A stretch of DNA of 60,000 nt, from assembly GCF_037042905.1 (NCBI RefSeq), contig NC_087245.1:12216001-12276000 (forward strand), given 5' to 3'. This document shows positions 27,101 to 39,650 of this stretch, piece after piece. A model generated the notes under the pieces. The model saw nothing but the letters and a program-made list of their open reading frames with translations, ran no database searches and was not told the origin of the DNA. A program made the position numbers and the translations under genes. How positions within the stretch are numbered: position 1 is the stretch's first letter; each line of letters opens with the position of its first letter. This stretch comes from Lytechinus pictus (lineage: Eukaryota).

Positions 27101-27269
27101 GGAGTATCGTGGAGGTGGCAAGGGCATTTGCACATACAGACACGACGATGATGATGGAGAGACTGATGGCGGCGATGATGACGGTTGATAGACTGTGTTC
27201 CATGTCATGTGAATGATGATCGGTACTCGAATTCACCGATACATTTTTCGAATCCGTTGATAAATCCAT
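20880..27269 (-). CDS. Orphan class A GPCR, 4 coding exons (27269-26949, 25702-25632, 25285-23799, 21151-20880), 716 aa, very long ICL3
   Basis: Exons join in frame through GT-AG introns (321+71+1487+272=2151 nt). DRY is split across exons 2/3 (GAC AG|A TAC); CWTP in TM6; NPLIY in TM7. Confidence 0.9.
23799..25285 (-). CDS. Orphan GPCR coding exon 3 (TM4, TM5, long ICL3)
   Basis: ttctttaaag|(R)YLTVVWSKRF...KQVALM(G)|gtaagt; corresponds to ORF 23791..25275. Confidence 0.9.
25632..25702 (-). CDS. Orphan GPCR coding exon 2 (TM3)
   Basis: tttttaacag|FNGFCSIAFPVASSFTVLWIAVD(R)|gtaggt; 71 nt, not in the ORF track. Confidence 0.88.
26566..26797 (+). mobile_element. 5'-truncated tRNA-derived SINE with (CAGAAA)n tail
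   Basis: B box GAGTTCGAATCCC followed by a ~200-bp body ending acagaaacagaaacagaaac. Confidence 0.6.
26949..27269 (-). CDS. Orphan GPCR coding exon 1 (N-terminus, TM1-TM2)
   Basis: MDLSTDSKNVSVNSS (N-glycosylation sequons)...TGLCL|gtaggt; acceptor atttcag 4 nt before the ATG. Confidence 0.88.
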
Positions 27270-29527
27270 GATTCTGAAATCAAATCACAATCATTTTGAT
27301 AAATCAATATATCGCCAAAACCTATTATCAGTTTACTCATTTCATAATCCTTATTATTAGCATTGTCTCTTGTAAGGACACATGTGATTAGAAACACATT
27401 TTACAAATTAACATTCTAAAAATAGCAACATACAAGTTTATTAAGTATAGTCAAATATAAAAGTGATATACTTTTCAGTTCATCATGTGATGCCTTAAGG
27501 CTGATCCACAAAACACATAGGTCTATTTTTAATTTGTATGGGAAGAAATTACAAAAAAATTATATCCCTTTTTAGTTTTTTACCAAACTTGCTTGACATA
27601 TCGAACATGTTGAGTGTAACTTTTGAGGTCATTCATATTCAAGTTACTTACCTTTGAGATAAAGATGATGGAAATTTATTAAATCTCAAATATTTTTAAA
27701 GACTTGTTTTATTTGTTTCTACTTACATAATTCTGTCCCTCTTTGTGTATTCTAACTTTCAAAAAAAAAATTAACAAATGATCGTCTCCAGCCTCTAGGC
27801 CGGAAAAAAATCGGCCATGGTGGGTTAAGCTGCCAGGAACACGATCTCCTAAGAAATGTAACAAGATCTCGGTGACAATTTGTAAAAAGTTACATGTATC
27901 GTGTTTAGAACCGGTAATCAATAAAGCAATCAATTATGATAATGTTGCTGACGTATAGAATGTTATTCATTCGACATGTATGTCATCGTCTGACAAAACG
28001 AACGTTTTAACAAAGATCAAAATTAAAATCAACAATGGCAGGACATTCATGATACATGGAGTGCATTTAATTTATCATCAGTGTCTAAACAATATTGAAG
28101 CATGGTCTCCATGTTGTTGTTTTTTTTCTTCAAAATATTCTGTATGTCTCTTTTTTTCATTAAGTGCATGAAGAGAACTAATCATTTTTCAAGGACCAAG
28201 AAGTAGAACCATGACATGTATTTTTCAACGGGTCTAAGTTCAAACGGTTAATAGATCATCTTAACTTACTAGTTACTTCGGATTATTATTGACCATAAAA
28301 CGACAATGACTCGTCTTAGGTGGTTTGTAATAGACTCCTGTACTTGGGCGTGAGCCTTGCATCCATAGACCTACTGAAGATGAAACTATTGCGAGTGTAT
28401 AAACCTTGTATAGTTATCATCTAAAGCCATCCAAAGCATGGTCGGAAATTGTCGAAATCTCGAAGTATATCCGTAGGCTAAATCCTTTTGCCCCGCGGAA
28501 ATATTAAAGTCTTCAAAAAGTATCCAATCGACAAGGGTATGGCATCTCAGACCCTCACAGTATAATTCTATTCAGGTCACAAGCTGATGTCATTCAGTCA
28601 CTGTATATAGCATGTGGTATAATGCCTACATTGCTGTCAAAACAATTAATGTCTTTAAAGCGTTTATTCTGATACCAAAAAAGAACTTCGCCTGCCTCTA
28701 CCATAAATACGAATATTCCACCCCATTAAGTGGTTGGTCACTTCACGATCTAAAATTAACGTCGGTATCACCGAAGAGAGTGCATCATTATTGTATTCTT
28801 GTATCCACTCTGATCGTGCTAATGATCCTTTAATTAGAACAAGGTATTCTTCTTTCGATTCCCCCTTCATGCACAGAAATAGACATGCTAATGAATGATA
28901 TAGAACCAATTCGCAAATTGACAATAAAAGGGAATTTTCCCGAATCAACTGCATCTCTTCATTAGAAAGATTTAATCCCAATTATTTAAGGCTATTTATC
29001 CCCAGTGCAGGAGAGGTGCACACTTTCATTTAAATATTCAGGTCGGCGATGATCATAGCGGTTGAAATACACCTATCCTTGTTCAAATGACGCAATTACA
29101 GTTTCGGCTTTATTATCTGTGTCATTTTGAAACCAAAGCATTATTCAGCTTTATTTGTTTCCTCGTGTTTTGTTTCATTTTTCATATTTTGTCAAATCTG
29201 TTTCGAGTAGGTGTACAGGTGCATTTCAATATTTCTTTTTAACATATTCAGGAGCGAAAAGTAAGGAAAGTAAAAACTCTCATTCCATTTCCACGGACCA
29301 AAGAGATTGATTTTAAATTGCTTTAAGCATTATATTTTCAATTTCTTTTTTATTTCAGTTCTTCAGTTGGCTTATGAAGTTTCCCATAAAAAATATTGTC
29401 TTTTTCAGACGGCGCTGTCTGATTTAAACTTTGGATATGTTTTTAATTTGGAACCGTATGTCTAACGCCTTCTGACGAACAGATAACGGTATCTTGGTGG
29501 CAATATGCATATGTGACAGGACTTAAA

Positions 29528-29856
29528 CACTGTAAAAAATATTGGGTAACATTTTTTCCACCACGAGGGTAATTATGTGTCCAACCATATTGGGGCAGTA
29601 TCGGGGTAGTATAATAATAATATTATCCAAGTCCTTTGGAAGCGCATAGAGAAGTTATTCATATGCGCTAAACAAGAACTGTCTATTATAATTACCCAAT
29701 ACGGGAAGCATATTGACCAGTAAGGTTAAAATATAAGCAGCAATCACTTTGGAATGGGCAAAAATTTCATCACACTGGATAAATATAAATGCCCATTGTT
29801 GGTTGGACACATATAATTATCCTCATGGAGCACTTTTACCCAATATTTTTTAAGTG
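29528..29856. mobile_element. Decayed CACTG-terminus MITE
   Basis: CACTGTAAAAAATATTGGGTAA...GAGGGTAATTATGTGTCCAACCA vs TGGTTGGACACATATAATTATCCTC...TTACCCAATATTTTTTAAGTG. Confidence 0.75.
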
Positions 29857-32630
29857 CATTATGTGATTTAAACATAATGGTATATGCACTCCTGCTGTAG
29901 AAATATAATGGTATGATATTCATAAGAATGGTCCATGTATATTGCAGGATAGTTTACATTCATTTAAAATAACTTGTATTTAATAAGTTTTATTCCCATT
30001 TTTACCTCATGTTATTCCTCCCCCTCAATGTTTCTCAAATTTTATATATGTTTTGTTTGGTTTATATTGCTTTGTGTGTTTGTTTTGAACAGAATATGTG
30101 CAGACGCCAATTGACGTTCCAATAAACTCAATTCAATTCATTTATACATCAAGAAATACGATCATGCTCTTGGCAGTTATCCTGTCTCCGATAATATTTC
30201 CTTTGAATACCATATACTTATTTCCTCGAGGATGTTACCTTTGAACTTGTGTACAATGTGTCGGATCTCAAAGAACTTGATAACTCCCGATTGTTCAATC
30301 TGAACAAAATCACATATGATATCTAAAGTGTTTTTTTCTCTCTCTCTCCCTCTTTAAAAGACTTTACTGAGGCAATATCAGCATTTTTGTGCGTTGAAAT
30401 ATTTCTGGAAAAATATCAAAAGACCCCATATTCAAACGATTTTTCGGGATTTTTTTTTCCGAACCCTAAAATATACCCCCCCCCCCCCATCGGATGCGTT
30501 ATTGATGACAACCTATTTTAAGTGTTGGGCTAGGTCCAATTAGCTTGAATGAACAAACGAGAAGAGGGGAGAGAGATTGGGACAGGGAAAGAGAAGATTA
30601 TAAAGTGAAAAGTGTGTTAAGAAAAGAAAGTGACTATAAAGCCAGAAGAAGTGTGCAGGAAAAGAAGGCGAGGGGTATAGGGGTGGCAAAAGAATGAGGA
30701 AAGGAAATATTATAAGACGTCAGAAGATAGGCTGAGAAAAGGGTTTCAGTTCGTCTTACTATTTTAGAAAAAAAAACATACATTCGCTGCTTGTTAAGGG
30801 ACTATCACCTTGGACGATTTAGACAGCGATATGCTGACGTTTGTATTCCATGTAGTTATCTTACTCTAAAAAAATCAATTCATCATGCTAATAATTACAT
30901 TCTTATTATGGAGACATCATTTTGCTTTGTTAACGAGTATATGGTAATTACATGACTTAAAGGGTTGCCATCTTAGACATCGGCATAATTATATAGGCCT
31001 GCATGCATGCAATCTAAACGCCAATGTGGCAGCCCTTTCAGCGACGTTTAAATAGTTTGAATATATAATAGCAGGACTAATGAACTCAAAAGTTTTATAT
31101 TTTTAGCAAAGTGGATGATGATAATTGGTTATAGTCTCTTGCATGCCATTATAGTTTTAATATTCAATTACACACTTTGGGATAGAGCGTTGCGGATGAA
31201 CTCTGTTTGTTTATAAAATTGTCATTTCCCTTTTTGTAACATTCTGAAGTGTGTTTTTCCTATTTCAACGTTCAAGATAACGTCTAGGTTGTATTTGGGA
31301 ATATTCAGTACAATTTATTGTCCGGATTAAAATACCGGACTCATGCAGTAAGAACATCCGAGACCTAGATTCATTTCTTAAAGCGGGTCATATGGCATTC
31401 ATAATGGCTCTAAAATGTGTTTTTCAAAATGCCCTTGATGCTTATAAAATGTTATCCTCTTGGTTATATCAGAAGTAAAAGCTAGGATTAGAAAAATGAT
31501 TTTCGGATAGAAAAACATACATGGTTTTCTGCGAATCTGTTTTTCCTTTGTAAAACACATTGCAATCATGTTCCATTTTCCTAATAAGACATCAATCAAT
31601 TTTTGTCTTCATATATCCGCTTTTCTGTCCATTTTTGTACACTGAGGTTTCTCCATCTGTCATAATGTATATGGTAGGTATAGAAAAGTTAGAGTATTTT
31701 CATATTATGAAAAGTTAATCAGATGAATTGTAATGTTTAGTTTAATCTTTCCCCCTTTTGGGGAGGGGATCATTCAGGAAAATCTTCAGAGAATCCTGTG
31801 AGCTATGAATAAATAAGTTTGTTTTGATTGGACTGGATTATCATTCATAATTATGATACGTTTTAGTTAATTGATTAATGTGTTGGACATGAAAATGGAC
31901 TAAAATATCATTCTAAACAAATATGATCTACTACCAAATTATTATAACGTTCACAATTTGCAGGAGGAGGATTGTCATCATAAGCAGATTGCTTGAAAAG
32001 AGTTGATAAATAGGTACGTAAGCGGAAGAAATACAAAATAAACTGAGCCTCGATAATTGCTCTTTATTTAACCAAACTTCCCTATAATCATTACATGCAT
32101 GACCACGATGATATTACGATAATGTTTTAAGAAACTAAAAATACAAAGATTATCAATATGCATTTATATAGGGTAGAGACTGATGTTTATATAGGCATGG
32201 GCCTAATGACATATTTATACAGCTGAATTATATAGCTATTAGTCAAAGTCGAACTTTGGTGTAGGGCTCGATTGATTGTTTGTTTGATTGATTGATTGAT
32301 TGAATAATACTGACTGATTGATTGATTGATATCATTGGTAATCTTACAATCAATATTTCTAAATGTTAAACGTTAATGTTAGTCAGACAATTATTGGAAC
32401 CAAGAGCTAGTTGTCCACCGGTTAATGGGGGGGGGGGGTATAAAGGCCCGGTATATAGGGAATAGGGTACAAACTGAAACTTTTCTCTCAGGACAGGTTT
32501 TCTACACATCTCCCTTGAAAAGAATATAAATGAATGATTATAGGTATCACATTATCAAACGAATTTTGATTGTTTGATCCCTGAAAATTAAAAATGAAAC
32601 TACTTGAACGTTCCCCAATACATGTACGTA

Positions 32631-33030
32631 AGGCCATGCACCGCATATCTTACGATTAGTTTGTGACCCGATTTTTGAATAAAAAGCAGTAGAATTTCAT
32701 GATATCGAGACATGGACTTATGTTCCAAAATCATACAAATACCAATGTTCAAATCTGTGACTATGCTATCATCCTTATATTAGAATAAAAGCGAATTTGA
32801 TATTTAGTCGTTATGACGTCATAGCATTCGTACGATTGGCTACGATTTGAAACTAATTTGACCTTTACTAAAAAAAAAAAAGGCTTGTAGTTATCCAAAT
32901 TTGTTATAGTATTCATGCAGTTAATTTGACCCTCAAACAAAAATACTCTTTCATTCACATTTTCGGAAAATGGGCAAAATTCGATTTGTTCAAAAATTTG
33001 ATCGTGGACCAATCGTGGTGTGCGTTGGCA
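32631..33030. mobile_element. Decayed PIF/Harbinger-like MITE
   Basis: aggccatgcaccgcatatcttacgattagtttgtgacccgattttt vs aaaaatttgatcgtggaccaatcgtggtgtgcgttggc; imperfect TIRs. Confidence 0.5.
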
Positions 33031-33877
33031 TGGAGATTGATTTATAACAGATTTTTCTTACCAATAAGGCACAAGGATTTAAACATAATTCAGGTCAGCT
33101 TGATTGAATTAAGTTTGAGTGACCAGTCGCACCTACTATGTACGTAAATTTCATTAAAAACCGTAAAGACCTTTTTTTTCGAATCTAAAATATCCAAATT
33201 CAAATCTCGAAACGGGTCTTTCAAAAAATCAATTTTTCGGCTGCAACATACCAGGATTTATCAGAAATCAAAGAAAATTATCACTCACCTGTCATGTATT
33301 CCCTATACTTTCAATCCAACGTACAGTTCAGCTCCTTACGCAAATGGATAATTAAAATGATACCAGCCAACTATTGATTGAGCTTGACACGGCTAAGGCA
33401 CTAATTAGTAATAGAAACAATGTAAGCGAGTGATTTCGTTTACATGGCGTCTCATTTTGATATCCTTTATGGAGCACCCACGCGATATTATATAGCATGG
33501 TACCTTATGGTAAGATAAGAATTTACACGCATACTATAGATTTATCACGTTTCCGTGATGAACGTCATGTAGACACGATTCAAAATGCTTTGCTACCCGT
33601 AAGTGATGATAAAATTACCAACTGTAATGAGACTGGCTGTTTACACCAAAAAAAAATAGAATATGATGTACATTCAAAACAGTATCAGATGACAGTCATT
33701 GAAAAAAAAATATCAGGAACAGGAGAAATCATCAGGAAGATAGGCCTGTACCTTTGTAAGCTATTTCCCCGACTCCTTCGAAATCGAGGCACTCTGAGAA
33801 AACTTTTACCTATATGTCACTCTAGGAGTGATTTAATAAAAGATGCAAAGGGGCTCTCCTTTCTGGACGGTGTTAAA

Positions 33878-34072
33878 CAGGGGCGGATCCAGGATTTTCC
33901 AAAGGGGGAGGGGGCACATTTCCCCAATAAAAATTTTGACAAAAAGGTCCTTATTTAAAAGGACCTTTTGGTAAAAATGGCACTTTGGTAAAAATGGCAT
34001 ATTCACATCATAGAGAAGGGGGACACGGGCCGGATGTGCCCCCCCCCCCCCCCCTTCCTGGATCCGCTACTG
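33878..34072. mobile_element. CAGGGGCGGATCCAGG-type MITE (hAT-like)
   Basis: CAGGGGCGGATCCAGGA ... TCCTGGATCCGCTACTG; same family as 19553-19780. Confidence 0.78.
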
Positions 34073-34094
34073 ACTACAGACTTGAGATATTTAT

Positions 34095-34638
34095 ATCTCA
34101 ATAAATAGAGTAAAATTCACAAAGCAAAATGCTGAAAATTTGATCAAAACTTTTTCGGATAACAAATAACGAAGTTATTTGCATTATTCCGGTGAAACAG
34201 TTCTAGGCATGTCTTCATGAATATTCATTAGGCGGACGGATGATGCCATATCCCCACTTGTTCTTTTTATTTTGGTATATGAAATTAGGTTTATTTTTTT
34301 TCTACCAAGAACTAAAACAATTGGATTGACAACTGATTAAGTGCATTACTGCAACTTATTTCATCATAATATCATTTACACATGAATGAAAAATGAAACA
34401 ATTATGATTTCATGTAATAACATAAGAAAAAGGAAAGTGGGGATATGACATCATCAGCCCACCTTATGAATATTCATGACGATGTGCATATAACTGTTTT
34501 CACAAAATATTGATAAACTTTAAAATTCAATAACTTCGTTATTTGTTATCCGATTTCGATGAAATTTTTATCATTTTGATTTGTGAATTTTACTCTATTT
34601 ATTTAAATTAACTATTTTCAGCCCGGACCATCCTTTTA
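34095..34638. mobile_element. Kolobok-like non-autonomous element, left end eroded
   Basis: aataaatagagtaaaattcacaaa..tcggataacaaataacgaagttatt vs aataacttcgttatttgttatccga..tttgtgaattttactctatttatt; right end ccatccttttaa. Confidence 0.75.
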
Positions 34639-35240
34639 AATAAATCTAAAATTGCTCGGCAGTAGTTTCGGTCGGCACTTTGCACATTTCACAGCAGTAA
34701 AAAAAAAGTAAATCATTTTTGTTAGAGATAATAATGGAATCAAGATCACGATATCCATGATAGAACGGATTAAAATAATTTGTGCACACTATACTTCGAA
34801 TTTTCAGCTGATCCAGACCTATTATGCTAAGATTTTTTTATTTTTTCTTGTTTCTTTCTTAATTTTTTTAAGGGAGGGAAGGACATTCAAATATTATAAT
34901 TTTTTTGTTATTTGGTTGATTTGCTTCAATAAAAATCTAAATATATATATAATGTCAGACCATTTATAAAATAAACTTTAATTCATTTCTGAGTGATAGA
35001 GATGATGATGGAGAGATTTGTTTTTATCTCTTTACATGTGTCAGTACTAGTTGCATCAGTTCACGAAATCGCCTCTCATTTTTGCTTTGCAAATAAATCT
35101 CTCACGGCTACCTTCCTGAAATAAACATTTGTTGGGCCTAGTTGGGTTTCATCTCCTTGGTTTGTCAATGTCAGTGCAATTGACCCGCAATTGACGTGTC
35201 AAAAAACGGGCATATTTTGAGAGAATAATTAGAACTGAAT

Positions 35241-35283
35241 ATGGCCGGAGCTGCACTGAAGAGATTAATGGCTGAATATAAAC
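35241..35283 (+). CDS. UBE2G2: UBE2G2 exon 1 (coding part)
   Basis: [15 protein letters not shown]|gtgggt. Confidence 0.93.
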
Positions 35284-38200
35284 GTGGGTATAACTCATAA
35301 ATTATATTTGAAGGCTTAAATTTGTATTATTTTAACTGATAACTCGATCTTTATTTATGTGTGGCATATTGCAATTATTGCGTGTGCCCCATTCGTAGAT
35401 TCCCGTGTTTGTGATTCGATTGTGTCTTGATAAAGTTCTTAAGTTCGTATTTATTGTAGTCCAAGTTCATGGAAATTTTCTTTCCACCAGCATTACAAAT
35501 ATAAATGAAACGGCAACATGTGAGAACATACAAAAATGGTGAATAATACATGTAAAATAGACAAACAAAATTATGAAATTAGTCAAAAAATCAGAAGACA
35601 AAATTTTTGGTGGTGGTCGCCAGCTGAGCGGGGGCCCCGGGGGGGGGCACTCGACCAAAAAAGTGGTAGGGGTGTGCCACGGGCGATGCAAAAAACGGGG
35701 GCCTTGGAGCGGGTTTATTGTAAAAAGGAGGGTCCTCGGAACGGGCTTCGGAACTACAAATGTTTGTGAAAACGGGGGTCATCGGAACGGATCTCCGTAT
35801 CTCTGTGAGTGCGTATGCATCCCTATGGAACGGGCAATCGTGCATGACGCAGCTAGCGCGGCCTCCGCCGGGTGCGCTCGCGCTTAGGCGATGGTCGAAA
35901 AGCGCTCTACGGCCGCTTTTCACCAAAATTGTAGCAGATCAATGCGACCGGAACGGCGTAACGAAAAATATGCGAAGCTTTGGAGCGGATTTCTTTCTTC
36001 TTTTTTCTCGATAAGAAGGAAATGCTATGCCTTGGAGCGGCTTTCTTTGTTCTTTTTCTCAATAAGACAAAAATGCTATGCCTGGGAACGGAAATTTGAG
36101 TGTAAAAATGGGGGTCCCCTCCGCGGCACATACCCACTATGCATTATATACTGAGTGCCCCCCCCCCCCCCCCCCCCCCGGGGCGGGGACATGTTTGCTC
36201 ACCTGTGACCTTTAACTTAAGATTAGGGCATAATCATAAATTTCTTTGAAATTCAATTACTTTTTCACTTTACGTTTAGAATCCATTGTCATGTGATATA
36301 ATAATGTCGTGAATGTATCGTGTGTGTGATGCTCTAATAATCGATTATGACATTGGATTGTAAAGTTACTCCAATTATCAACTGAAAAAGTTATAAATTT
36401 AAACTGCATGCAGACAATAAGTTATGTAGTTTAATGTTTTATTTTATGTCATGAACAGAGCTAACAGTGAACCCTCCAGAGGGTATTATAGCAGGCCCTG
36501 TCGATGAAAAAAATTTCTTCGAATGGGAGGCTCTGATTACGTGAGTATTTTCTAAAATCTATTCTTTGCTTTGTCACATAAAGTCTGCTTTCATGATTTT
36601 TACATGTATTTGATTATTTTCTTTCGCATTCAGAATATTAGTAGAATATTGTTCTATGATATAACAAACAAAAACTTGTAATGAATTATCTTGTTGACAA
36701 TGAATGGTAAATGCGAACCTCTAATTATTCCCAGCTAAATTACCAAACGTACATGCAAGTATTCTGTAGTAAAAGAACTACTGTTGTTACTAAAGATTTT
36801 TAAACCATCACAACAAAAATACAATGTTATAAAGCAGGATGGGATATTGATAACATACATTTGAATATTTGGAATATGAAGAAAGATGGAGGTGATGGAG
36901 ATGAGATGATTGCAGAGTTGAAACTACATGTAAATCATTGACTCACTATCGTACTTTAAATGAATCAACATTGAACTTTTTCAAAGCCATCAGGGGCAAT
37001 TCCACGAATACAGAATTGGTTGGTGGGGGAATATGGGGCATTATTTTTTACCAGTATTACAAAATACTCTTCAATTATTATTATTTTTAATTAAAGGTCA
37101 AGTCCACCCAGAGTAATTTTAATTTGAATAAATAGAGAAAAATCAAACTGGCATAACGCTGAAAATTTCATCAAAATTGGATGTTAAAATAAGAAAGTTA
37201 CGACATTTTAAATTTTCGCTTATATTTAAAAAAACAGTGATATGCACAATTAAGTGACATTCAAATGAGACAGTCGATGATGTCTTTCACTCACTATTTC
37301 TTTTTTTTATTGTTTGAATGATACAATATTTCATTTTATACATATTTGACAATATGGACCATCTTTGACTTAACCATATAGTATTAAACAATGCTAATTC
37401 CACATTTTCAGGGAGGAATTCAACATTGTTTTACTTGACAATGAGGAGAAAATAAGAATATTTCATATTTCATAAATACAAAGGAAGTAATGAGTGGATG
37501 ACATCATCGGTCTCCTCATTTGCATACCGACCAGGAAAGTCAGCAAAACTTTAAATTATCATAACTTTCTTATTTTACATCCGATTTTGATGAAATTTTC
37601 AGTGTTATGCTCGCTAGATTTTTGTCTTTTTACTTTTGACTAGTCCTTTAATGGGCCTGCTACCACTGAGCCACCATTTTGGTTGAGGCTACATGTAGAA
37701 CTCGTTTTCCTATGTTGAAAGCATATATTTTTCTCCACCGATCATATCTCCCATCATCAGGGGTCCAGAAGGTACATGCTTTGAGGGTGGTGTCTTCCAG
37801 ACAGAACTGAAGTTTCCCAATGACTATCCACTCAACCCTCCTAAGATGCGATTCAAGACAGAGATGTTTCATCCAAATAGTAAGAGGCTTCAGTTTCAAG
37901 GATATCTTTGAAGATTTTGGACAATGATATGTGTCTTACTTATTTTCCTTTAGCTATCACTAATGAACCGAATCTTAAATTATGACATGAACTTACCTCA
38001 CTAGAGACTGAAACAGCAAAGATGCAGGCTGGGGTCTTTGGAACATCTATTTTTGTACAATTCCTACTTAGCTTGTACACAAGCAAATAGGAGGCTGAAT
38101 GTCAAACATTTGTATTGTTCCAAAATGCACCGTTGCACTGTCTTGATGTCATAAAACGCTTTATAGTAAATTCAGGTGCAATACGCTTAGGGTTTACTAC

Positions 38201-39650
38201 CAAATTTGTATTGCTGCTGCAGATCAGATATGCGTTTGAGGGATTTTGCTTTTCGCTTTCAATAATTCTTTTTAAAATTTTCATCTATAAACATAGGAAG
38301 AAGTAGATAATTGTTTGTATTTTTGCTAACGCCTGAGGCATTGTACTACACAAATAAGAAAAAGTGAATTTTCTTATTCATGCAATGGTGCGACATTTCA
38401 CATTCGATAAAAGAAAGAGACAGTCGAGGCTATGCCTCGTTGAATAGAGCATCTTTCTTTCACCTTATGCGACATCTCGCACCATCACACTCACGCCTAT
38501 TCGCTAATTGTATACTATCCATACTAGTCAGTCTCAATACCATCTTCTAAACACCTTGCTCCTTGTTAAAAGATGAATTGTTTGTTTAATATTGATAGTT
38601 TATAAAGATGGTCGAGTATGCATATCAATCCTGCACGCACCTGGCGATGATCCTATGGGATATGAAAGCAGTGCTGAGCGATGGAGTCCTGTACAGAGTG
38701 TTGAAAAGATCCTTCTCTCAGTCGTCAGCATGCTGGCAGGTTTGTTATATATATATATGTATATTACTTTTTATAAGGCAAATAACTGAAAAAATTGTGT
38801 ATAACAGAAAAAAATACTGAGACCTATGTCATAAAACTATTGTAACATTATACATGACTTTTATGATTACTGGAACATGAAGAGCTGATAATTTTGTAAG
38901 TTACATTGTGATTATTATTTCAGATAAATCAAAATTATGACTAGGAATATACTTTGTATTGAAAACTTTATTAGTGAAGTTGTCTAATCACATCTTGCTA
39001 ATTTCAACTTGATGCTACTGATTCTATAATTATTTAGAAAAGTATTCCCTCACCCAATTTTACTTTTTAAATTATTATTATTTTTTTACTGGCATCTTTT
39101 ATCTTTATTATCAATGTTTAATGTCTTGATAAGTAGTATTGTTATCAACCTATAAACCATCTGTCTGTATTACAATTTTCACCTCATTGGCCAGTATTCT
39201 AAACTCGGGTTTAAATTAAACCCTGGTTTAAAGTTGTGGTTTAACTATGGAGAGCCAATTGGAGCACAAATCCCTGACAGTACACATTCAATTCATAAAC
39301 TCATGTTATGAATTGTTTGGGAATGATAACTGAAATATTTTTATTAATTATAAACACAAAAGGAAACGAAAGATTAAACATAAGAAATAGATCGATCTAC
39401 ACAATACAAACATAAATTTTGATTTTTTGGCTTCCATTATTTTAGCATAGAGTTAGACCGTGGTCTAAGTTAAACCTGACTTCAGAATATGGGCCATTGT
39501 ATTTTAAATGCAAAATTATTCTGAATTTTCTCATCAGAACCCAACGATGAAAGTGGAGCAAACGTTGATGCCTCAAAGATGTGGAGAGATGATCGCGAGA
39601 GTTTTAACAGGATAGCGTACGATATTGTAAAGAAATCACTCAGCATGTGA
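35241..39650 (+). CDS. UBE2G2: Ubiquitin-conjugating enzyme E2 G2, 5 coding exons (35241-35283, 36459-36540, 37761-37879, 38599-38739, 39538-39650), 165 aa
   Basis: Spliced product [28 protein letters not shown]...[74 protein letters not shown] motif, catalytic Cys and Ubc7-type acidic loop; 498 nt; all introns GT-AG. Confidence 0.97.
35636..36182. mobile_element. GC-rich MITE with CCCGGGGGGGGGCACTC TIRs in UBE2G2 intron 1; probable 8-bp target duplication
   Basis: gcgggggc|CCCGGGGGGGGGCACTC ... GAGTGCCCC...CCGGG|gcggggac (7/8 match); internal repeated GGAACGG/GGAGCGG motifs. Confidence 0.8.
36459..36540 (+). CDS. UBE2G2: UBE2G2 exon 2
   Basis: aacag|(Q)[26 protein letters not shown](T)|gtgagt. 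Confidence 0.93.
37095..37647. mobile_element. Kolobok-like non-autonomous element with TTAA target duplication in UBE2G2 intron 2
   Basis: ttaa|AGGTCAAGTCCA...GCATAACGCTGAAAATTTCATCAAAATTGGATG vs CATCCGATTTTGATGAAATTTTCAGTGTTATGC...GACTAGTCCT|ttaa; related to 34095-34638. Confidence 0.8.
37761..37879 (+). CDS. UBE2G2: UBE2G2 exon 3
   Basis: catcag|[39 protein letters not shown]|gtaaga. Confidence 0.95.
38599..38739 (+). CDS. UBE2G2: UBE2G2 exon 4 (catalytic Cys)
   Basis: gatag|(I)[46 protein letters not shown]|gtttgt. Confidence 0.95.
39189..39495. mobile_element. PIF/Harbinger-like MITE in UBE2G2 intron 4, 3-bp target duplication ATT
   Basis: att|GGCCAGTATTCTAAACTCGGGTTTAAATTAAACC ... 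GGTCTAAGTTAAACCTGACTTCAGAATATGGGCC|att. Confidence 0.75.
39538..39650 (+). CDS. UBE2G2: UBE2G2 exon 5 (coding part)
   Basis: ctcatcag|(E)[36 protein letters not shown]. Confidence 0.94.

Noticed and set aside
9909..27269. Either GPCR being an opsin, or the two being recent tandem duplicates
   Set aside because: Neither has the TM7 retinal-binding Lys (Trp and Tyr at 7.43), and they differ in motifs (NRF vs DRY), exon structure and sequence.
33497..33958. 153-aa ORF
   Set aside because: No recognisable domain, and its 3' part runs into a MITE; likely chance.
35467..36154. Cluster of overlapping ORFs
   Set aside because: They lie in a GC-rich MITE within UBE2G2 intron 1 and show no transposase motifs.
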